DNA of 64,000 nucleotides from an uncultured virus (IMG/VR IMGVR_UViG_3300022876_000185) (Duplodnaviria; Heunggongvirae; Uroviricota; Caudoviricetes): IMG/VR virus record IMGVR_UViG_3300022876_000185; one strand, 5' to 3'. Shown piece by piece: positions 58,356 to 64,000 of this stretch (position 1 is its first letter; each line of letters starts with the position of its first letter). The notes under the pieces were generated by a model. It saw only the letters and a program-made list of their open reading frames with translations, ran no database searches and was not told where the DNA came from. The position numbers and the translations under genes were made by a program.

Positions 58356-58829
58356 CTATCGAATACTTAATGATTGATTTTCCACAAGTTGAGCACCTTC
58401 GATTTGCTCTCCTGCTTTAAGTGCTTTAGCTAATTCAGAACGGCTGATTGTACGTTCTACCTTCACATATTCTTGTGGAAGGCTATCAATATCTGAAACT
58501 TCAACCTTAGATGATTTGCGGAAACTGAATGTAAATTTTTCAGTTTTCACTTTGTCTTGACCACTGCCTTGTAATGTTTCAGCAATAGCTTGTTTCATTC
58601 GAGTAACACCGTTCTCCATGATTTTTCTTCGTTCAGCTAATCGCTTTTCCTCCGATTTAATACCTTCCACATCTGACTCAATGTTTTTGATAACCATTGC
58701 ATAAGCTTCAAGCTTCTCTTCCACAGCATCAGTTATGGAAGCTAATGTATCCTCTAAACCTTCTTGTCCTTCCTCAATCATTTGTTGAAGTTGGGCATAG
58801 GCATTGTTTAATTGATAAAGACTAGCCAT
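58356..58829 (-). CDS. Siphovirus Gp157 family protein
   Basis: MASLYQL...EEKRLAERRK...LKAGEQIEGAQLVENQSLSIR. Confidence 0.9.
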   Translation of the reverse strand: MASLYQLNNAYAQLQQMIEEGQEGLEDTLASITDAVEEKLEAYAMVIKNIESDVEGIKSEEKRLAERRKIMENGVTRMKQAIAETLQGSGQDKVKTEKFTFSFRKSSKVEVSDIDSLPQEYVKVERTISRSELAKALKAGEQIEGAQLVENQSLSIR

Positions 58830-59005
58830 TATTCACCCTCCTGTGGTAAAATACCAATATCTATAGTCTTACTTTTCTTGTCATCGGTTGCAGCCTTTGA
58901 CAAGCTTTTTTTTGCCTCAATTTGGGCGTTTTGTGCATCCTCGATGTCTTGCCAGTAATCTGATTCACGGTCGTATACATCAGCGTGTGTGTGGCCTATA
59001 CGCAA
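58829..59005 (-). CDS. 58-aa phage protein (not in the ORF track)
   Basis: TTG start after GGAGGTGA; stop overlaps the gp157 ATG (TAATG). Confidence 0.55.
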   Translation of the reverse strand: MRIGHTHADVYDRESDYWQDIEDAQNAQIEAKKSLSKAATDDKKSKTIDIGILPQEGE

Positions 59006-59019
59006 TCAATCACCTCCCT

Positions 59020-59163
59020 TCATGACTGAGCTGCACGTTTTAGCGCCAGTGTCTTTAGCAAAGATGTGTATAAGGCATCTTCCAATGGTTGTCCTTCGAC
59101 TTTGGTAACACCGAACTTCTGCAGTTGTTCAATTACTGCTTTACGTTTCAACTGTTTATGCAT
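59020..59163 (-). CDS. 47-aa basic protein (FbpA-like)
   Basis: MHKQLKRKAVIEQLQKFGVTKVEGQPLEDALYTSLL. Confidence 0.5.
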   Translation of the reverse strand: MHKQLKRKAVIEQLQKFGVTKVEGQPLEDALYTSLLKTLALKRAAQS

Positions 59164-59184
59164 AGTTGTCACGTTTAACTACCT

Positions 59185-59574
59185 CTAATGCTGATGCAAC
59201 ACCATCGATGTATCACTATGTTCCTTGTATTCTTTCGCTAACTTTGGTAGGAGACTGTCACCGAAAGGTAGTCCATCATGGACCAACACTTCTTGAATGA
59301 TTTGATTTGCTAAGTCTTTTAAATGGTCCCTAGAATCAATAAGCAGCTGGTTGAGGTCCTCCACAATTTCTTTACTAGCATCCGGAAATTCAAGAACTTC
59401 TTTAAGATTGACTACACTTGCGCCCTCTGGAGCATAAGAAGCATGCTTGCTGTCATAATGCGTTGCTACTTTGCCCTCTCCATCCATAACTTGTACACTT
59501 GTAATTTGGTCCTCATGGATATTAAGACCAACCACTGATAATTTTGTACCTTTGATGTTAATTACTGCTTTCAT
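59185..59574 (-). CDS. Hypothetical phage protein (possible 3' frameshift)
   Basis: 129 aa with AAGGAGG RBS; an alternative frame near the end would couple it to the next gene. Confidence 0.6.
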   Translation of the reverse strand: MKAVINIKGTKLSVVGLNIHEDQITSVQVMDGEGKVATHYDSKHASYAPEGASVVNLKEVLEFPDASKEIVEDLNQLLIDSRDHLKDLANQIIQEVLVHDGLPFGDSLLPKLAKEYKEHSDTSMVLHQH

Positions 59575-59635
59575 TTTTATTCCTCCTTATATTTCCTTTC
59601 TGCTAAACTATTAGTAGAAAGGTAGGTGATTTTAA

Positions 59636-60013
59636 GTGATATTAGATAGAGATTGTGTTAGAGACTTACTATTAACAATTGAGTCAGATAGTTTTAATAA
59701 CACACTTTTTCTTGAAAAAATTTGTGAAAATTCTAGAATGAAATTTTATTCAAAAGAAACGATTATCTATGCAATCCAAAAACTAAACGAAGCAAATTAT
59801 ATAAATGCGACTATTAAATTTGCTGATAACGCACCATACTTGGTTTCAGTTAGTTCAATTACATGGGATGGACACATTTTTTTGGATAATGTTAGAGACC
59901 CTAGTATTTGGGATAAAGTTAAAGCAAAATCATCTAAATTAACGAGCGTATCTTTACCTTTGTTGTCTGAATTAGGTCTATCTTTTATAAAAGAACAAAT
60001 AGGGTTGTCTTGA
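59636..60013 (+). CDS. DUF2513 family protein (counter-oriented moron)
   Basis: LDRDCVRDLLLTIE...ITWDGHIFLDNVRDPSIW. Confidence 0.85.
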   Translation: MILDRDCVRDLLLTIESDSFNNTLFLEKICENSRMKFYSKETIIYAIQKLNEANYINATIKFADNAPYLVSVSSITWDGHIFLDNVRDPSIWDKVKAKSSKLTSVSLPLLSELGLSFIKEQIGLS

Positions 60014-60014
60014 T

Positions 60015-60248
60015 TCAAAGTGATTTAACTGTCCAATCATTCGCCAATATATCCTCGACCTTCGGATTCCAACGTTTGCCGGGGATATACTTTTCTCCCA
60101 TTTGATTAATGTATTCTTTTGCGATATGGACCACAAAACAGTCATCTGAATTTGTTGGCAAGATTCTATATGGTTTAAATTCCTCAGCTTCCCTAGTAAT
60201 GAATTGCCCTGTAGTTAAAGCAATTCTTGTTGCCTTTTGAATGTCCAT
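60015..60248 (-). CDS. DUF2829 / Tad2-like (Thoeris anti-defence 2) protein
   Basis: MDIQKA...ITR...WNPKVEDILANDW signature. Confidence 0.7.
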   Translation of the reverse strand: MDIQKATRIALTTGQFITREAEEFKPYRILPTNSDDCFVVHIAKEYINQMGEKYIPGKRWNPKVEDILANDWTVKSL

Positions 60249-60259
60249 AAATTCCTCCT

Positions 60260-60361
60260 TTATTTTCTAAGTGATGCTACTGCTTTATTCATCGCATTGC
60301 TGATTAACGCTAGACGTTTCTCAATCGGTAATGCCAACCATTCGGCTACTTTGATTTTCAT
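60260..60361 (-). CDS. 33-aa phage peptide
   Basis: MKIKVAEWLALPIEKRLALISNAMNKAVASLRK with GGTAGGTGA RBS. Confidence 0.5.
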   Translation of the reverse strand: MKIKVAEWLALPIEKRLALISNAMNKAVASLRK

Positions 60362-60371
60362 TTGGTTTCAC

Positions 60372-60704
60372 CTACCCTTTAAAAATGCTGTAGAAATTAT
60401 CTTCTAGAAACTGTGACATTTTAGAAGCTAAGAAACTCCACTTTTCACCTTTAGCTTTTGGATAATAAACAAATCCACCTTGCAAAACATCTAATTGTTT
60501 TTTGAATTTTTGTGGATACAGAATATTGTCTTTTATCCACACTTGTTTTTTGCCTATGCGATTTTCTAGATCACTCATTGTCCAATAGACACCTTGTAAT
60601 GAATTGGTTTGTAATTCTTCGTATTCAACTCGGTTGATAAGCACATAATTATCAGGCACAGGAATAGTTAAATTAACTTGAAGTTGTTGCATTTCATTCA
60701 CCAA
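60372..60704 (-). CDS. DUF771 family protein
   Basis: YWTMSDLE...WIKDNILY...FVYYP...KWSFLASKM. Confidence 0.8.
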   Translation of the reverse strand: MVNEMQQLQVNLTIPVPDNYVLINRVEYEELQTNSLQGVYWTMSDLENRIGKKQVWIKDNILYPQKFKKQLDVLQGGFVYYPKAKGEKWSFLASKMSQFLEDNFYSIFKG

Positions 60705-60706
60705 CC

Positions 60707-60889
60707 TTAAATATCTAAAATTTTTCGAATATGCTTAATGTGTTCCTGAGCTTTCGGACCTGACTTATTACCACGAATGATGTCTGATAGATAAGCAGTT
60801 GAAATTCCAACCATTGCAGCAAGCTCTTTTTGACTCATCTTTTTTTTGAATAATTCACTTCTTACTTGAGCCCCTAAATCTTCCGACAT
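60707..60889 (-). CDS. Cro-like XRE regulator
   Basis: MSQKELAAMVGISTAYLSDIIRG. Confidence 0.85.
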   Translation of the reverse strand: MSEDLGAQVRSELFKKKMSQKELAAMVGISTAYLSDIIRGNKSGPKAQEHIKHIRKILDI

Positions 60890-60916
60890 GCTATAGCCTC
60901 CTTTCTATTGGACAGT

Positions 60917-61615
60917 TCAACTAAAAACCATTTGGCTATTACAACTGTCAATTTCAATCTGTAGTGATGTGGAAGGCCTCCATAAGCTAATGAATCTTAA
61001 TGCTTCCTCATACTTTACTTTTGGTATATCTCCGTACCTCGGAACTTTAAAATATTGCTTGAACTCATTCCAGAATGCGGAGAACACTTTTTTACTAATT
61101 TCCTGATAAGCGTTTGAATCCTTCCCACCAAGAGCATGAACAATTGAATGTTTAGCAGCTTGCTGGATTTCTTGTTGTTGTAGGCCATCTATTCGCATGC
61201 TCTCTTTTAGGTAGTCCACATCTGTTTTGATTTCCTTGATAGCCTGTTCATGTTCAAGTGCTGCTTTTAAGGCAAGCTCTAAACTGTTGTATTGAGGTAA
61301 TTGCTGTTTGTAGCGTTTTTCTACCTCAATGAAGTATTGTCGAGCCTGTTTACCTTTTTCATTACGTTGAATCATGGAAATTTCTTTGGCCATGTCAATT
61401 TTTAAAGCATGGTCTTGCGTAGGTCTGCCTCCTTGAGGTTTTTCACTTTTTTGTGATAAACCTATAAAATCAATGTTCTCAACAAACCCATACTCAATCA
61501 TTCGTTCGAACCATTGTGTGTATGGTGTTTTCACTTCTAAAAACTCATGAAGTTCACGGCCACTTACAATGATTTCGCCTTGCTCATTAGTTGTTGTTGT
61601 AATTAATTGATTCAA
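60917..61615 (-). CDS. Antirepressor (AntA/AntB plus ORF6C domains)
   Basis: VSGRELHEFLEVKTPY..WFERM.EYGF, DMAKEISMIQR; C-terminal F.VPRY.DIP...YEEAL.FI..WRP. Confidence 0.9.
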   Translation of the reverse strand: MNQLITTTTNEQGEIIVSGRELHEFLEVKTPYTQWFERMIEYGFVENIDFIGLSQKSEKPQGGRPTQDHALKIDMAKEISMIQRNEKGKQARQYFIEVEKRYKQQLPQYNSLELALKAALEHEQAIKEIKTDVDYLKESMRIDGLQQQEIQQAAKHSIVHALGGKDSNAYQEISKKVFSAFWNEFKQYFKVPRYGDIPKVKYEEALRFISLWRPSTSLQIEIDSCNSQMVFS

Positions 61616-61676
61616 ATTGTTTTCCTCCCTCCCTTTACCTTTCTGTTACAATTTTGATAGAAAGGTAGGTGATTCA

Positions 61677-61973
61677 GTGGATCTCTCTATTTACATAAAA
61701 CTAGTTATTGCAAATAAATTTGGCAAAGTTAAAATCAAACCCAAATTTAAGCATCTTGATTACATGACTGATAATAATTTTGTTACCCCTATACTTGATG
61801 GAACTACAGAAATCGGTGGTTGGCCGATGCTGACACATAGTGATTGGTATACCATTACATCTGATGGTAAAAAAGCTATGTGGGATAAAGGTAATTTGTT
61901 AGTTACAAGAATAATTGCATGGTTAGCATTGCTAATTAGTTTGACTGCATTATTGGTTAATTACTTAAAGTGA
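61677..61973 (+). CDS. Counter-oriented moron with C-terminal TM
   Basis: GTG start after AAAGGTAGGTGA; YTITSDGK wHTH-like wing; TM tail. Confidence 0.65.
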   Translation: MDLSIYIKLVIANKFGKVKIKPKFKHLDYMTDNNFVTPILDGTTEIGGWPMLTHSDWYTITSDGKKAMWDKGNLLVTRIIAWLALLISLTALLVNYLK

Positions 61974-62202
61974 AAATTAGAGCTAATACAGATACAAATA
62001 ACGCTAAAATTGATACTTTAAGGTCAACTTCTTTTATTCTTGATTCATCATTATTAGGTTTCCGACAATAGGAACAATAGTTATCACTTTTAAGTATTGA
62101 TGAACCGCAACGCCTACAATTTACTCGATATACCTCACTCGTTGTTACAGCAACCTGTGAGGATTTTTTATTGTCCTCCACACTTCTCACCTCATCCTTC
62201 AT
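61957..62202 (-). CDS. Zn-ribbon protein with C-terminal TM
   Basis: CRRCG...YCSYC plus hydrophobic tail. Confidence 0.6.
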   Translation of the reverse strand: MKDEVRSVEDNKKSSQVAVTTSEVYRVNCRRCGSSILKSDNYCSYCRKPNNDESRIKEVDLKVSILALFVSVLALIFTLSN

Positions 62203-62287
62203 TAAATATTCATACCGTCATTGGCTCGGTATCACAGCGCTTCGATTATTATATAAGCTAAATTATTAGCTAATTTGACTATAGACA

Positions 62288-62499
62288 TTGACAATATTTA
62301 AAACTAGTTTTAATATAAAGACATAGCTAAATAAGACTTTAAAAGCCTGTTAGATCACCATTTTTTACACGTTCCCCAACGATAAAATGATTTTTATTAG
62401 GTTGTCTTTTCTATTGTCTTTTTAGCTAACAACTTAGCTTACCTAGAGTATATTAAAACTAATTTTAAAAATCAAGCATTAATTTAAAACTAGTTTTAT
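62288..62499. promoter_or_regulatory. Immunity region: three TTAAAACTAGTTTTAA-type palindromic operators and a promoter
   Basis: Operators at 62298-313 (perfect palindrome), 62453-468 and 62484-499; TTGACA(62288)-17 bp-TAATAT. Confidence 0.75.
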
Positions 62500-62514
62500 T
62501 TTTCAGGTTTTTAA

Positions 62515-62955
62515 ATGGGAGGAAACATTGATATGACTGCGTTTGACATTCTAAAAAATCTTTGTGATGAACAGGGTATATCAGTAAATACACTTGAAGA
62601 AAAAATAGGACTTGGTAAAAACACGCTTTATTCATGGAAAAAAAATACTCCAAAAGGAAGTAACCTAATTAGAGTAGCCGATTATTTCGATGTAAGCACT
62701 GACTACCTACTAGGACGAACAGATAAAAAACGTTACTATGACTTAACAGAAAAAGATGAACGTGATATAGAAAGAGATCTGGAGCGTATCCTTAACAGTG
62801 CGGAAAGTGAACTCGGTCTTGCTTCATTCGATGGACGAGTATTAGATGAGATGGATCAAGAGGACAGGGAACTATACATTACCTCATTGAGAAATGCTTT
62901 AAGATTGCATAAGAGACTTGCAAAGAAAAAATTCACTCCTAAAAAGTATAGATAA
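62515..62955 (+). CDS. CI/ImmR-like repressor
   Basis: LKNLCDEQGISVNTLEEKIGLGKNTLYSW...VADYFDVSTDYLLGRT; C-terminal KKFTPKKYR. Confidence 0.9.
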   Translation: MGGNIDMTAFDILKNLCDEQGISVNTLEEKIGLGKNTLYSWKKNTPKGSNLIRVADYFDVSTDYLLGRTDKKRYYDLTEKDERDIERDLERILNSAESELGLASFDGRVLDEMDQEDRELYITSLRNALRLHKRLAKKKFTPKKYR

Positions 62956-62974
62956 ATAGATAAGGCGTGATGTT

Positions 62975-63424
62975 ATGGATACAAATAAATTGATTAAACA
63001 ATTAATAAAAAAGTACGGTACATCTAATCCTTTTAAAATTGCCAAGGCTATGGATATAACGATTGTCTATGAAGATTTAGGGAGTTCATGGGGTTATTTC
63101 AGTAATCTATACCGAACTTTTATTATCCACATAAACAAGAATTTATCATATGAAAAACAAATGCTAACTTGTGCTCATGAACTAGGTCATGTTATTAAAC
63201 ATCCTGAGCACAATATGGCATTTTTAAAAGCAAACACATTTTTTTCAACAGATAAATATGAAACGGAAGCCAATCTATTTGCTGTTGAATTACTATTTTC
63301 TGATAACAATAATTCTATTACTTATGAAGAAGCTGTGAATACATATGGAATACCTGAACAATTTCTAAAAAAATTTTTACCCAAAAAAGGAACATACATT
63401 CCTATCAAAGGTGGTGATAATTAA
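62975..63424 (+). CDS. ImmA/IrrE metallopeptidase
   Basis: CAHELGH motif, ETEANLFAVELL. Confidence 0.9.
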   Translation: MDTNKLIKQLIKKYGTSNPFKIAKAMDITIVYEDLGSSWGYFSNLYRTFIIHINKNLSYEKQMLTCAHELGHVIKHPEHNMAFLKANTFFSTDKYETEANLFAVELLFSDNNNSITYEEAVNTYGIPEQFLKKFLPKKGTYIPIKGGDN

Positions 63425-63468
63425 ATTTCATATAATAGGAGATTAAATTATTCAAAGGAGATCTGTAT

Positions 63469-64000
63469 ATGGCTAGTATCACAAAGCGCGGTAGTTCATG
63501 GCAATATATGATTAATCACTATGTAGATGGCAAAAGAAAACCCATTTCAAAAGGTGGTTTTGCTACAAAGAGAGAGGCACAAATAGCTGCTGCAGAAAAA
63601 GAACTGTTATTAAAAAAAGGTAATCAAGTAATCGTTAAAGATAAACCATTTGCAAGATATTTCGAAGAATGGATTGAACTATATAAATCCAACAAACACA
63701 TTAATACGTATAACAGGTATTCAAATTCTGTTGAGCGGGTCAAGGAACATTTTAAAGACAAACCAATTCAAAAAATTACTCGTGCTGATTACCAAATATT
63801 TTTAAATGCGTATGGGAAAGGTAAATCAAGAGAGACTGTTAGAAAGCTTAATACACATATAAGAGCCTGTGTAAGAGACGCAATCGAGGAAGGATATATA
63901 ACAATAGACTTCACTCGTAAAGTGGAATTAAACGCTTCTAATAGTGCTAAAAAGAGTGAAGATAAACATTTGAACTATAATGATAGCGTCAAATTATACA
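63469..64000 (+). CDS. int: Tyrosine integrase, 5' part (truncated by the window edge)
   Basis: MASITKRGSSWQY...KGGFATKREAQ arm-binding domain, then a SAM-like domain; frame open to the end of the window. Confidence 0.9.
   Translation, partial: MASITKRGSSWQYMINHYVDGKRKPISKGGFATKREAQIAAAEKELLLKKGNQVIVKDKPFARYFEEWIELYKSNKHINTYNRYSNSVERVKEHFKDKPIQKITRADYQIFLNAYGKGKSRETVRKLNTHIRACVRDAIEEGYITIDFTRKVELNASNSAKKSEDKHLNYNDSVKLY

Larger units (their letters stand above)
20909..64000 (-). mobile_element. Temperate siphovirus prophage (HK97-type head, cos/HNH packaging), extends beyond the window
   Basis: Integrase, immunity, replication, packaging, head, tail, lysis and cargo modules all present; left end inferred from the att junction. 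Confidence 0.9.

Noticed and set aside
59156..59225. Apparent 1-nt frameshift near the end of the 129-aa ORF as programmed recoding
   Set aside because: No slippery site; more likely a point deletion or sequencing error.

Overview
Low-GC Firmicutes chromosome (Bacillaceae/Planococcaceae; Lysinibacillus-like by protein style, which is inference) made of two tandem, co-oriented phage-derived elements. Element 1 (~800-20920) is a PBSX/diffocin-like contractile-tail locus. Sheath, tube, chaperone, tape measure, baseplate, fibre, holins, amidase, late activator, replication initiator, repressor/Cro switch and ImmA protease are intact. It has no terminase, portal or capsid genes, its integrase is shattered and its early genes are decayed, so it looks like a domesticated headless prophage (candidate R-type tailocin). 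A junction at ~20810-21200 holds a tRNA-Arg-like 3' end and several arm-type direct-repeat pairs. Element 2 (~20909 to >64000) is an apparently complete HK97-type cos siphovirus prophage whose integrase runs off the right edge. Its left cargo region carries a flagellin with an unusual central domain and an in-frame D1 deletion, a ParB/Srx-like protein, a lipoprotein, an unannotated type I toxin-antitoxin-like unit and a secreted bacteriocin-like protein. Two of these cassettes are bounded by duplicated terminator hairpins. Its early region includes a Tad2/DUF2829-like anti-defence gene. All family calls are from motif and synteny recognition; no searches were run.
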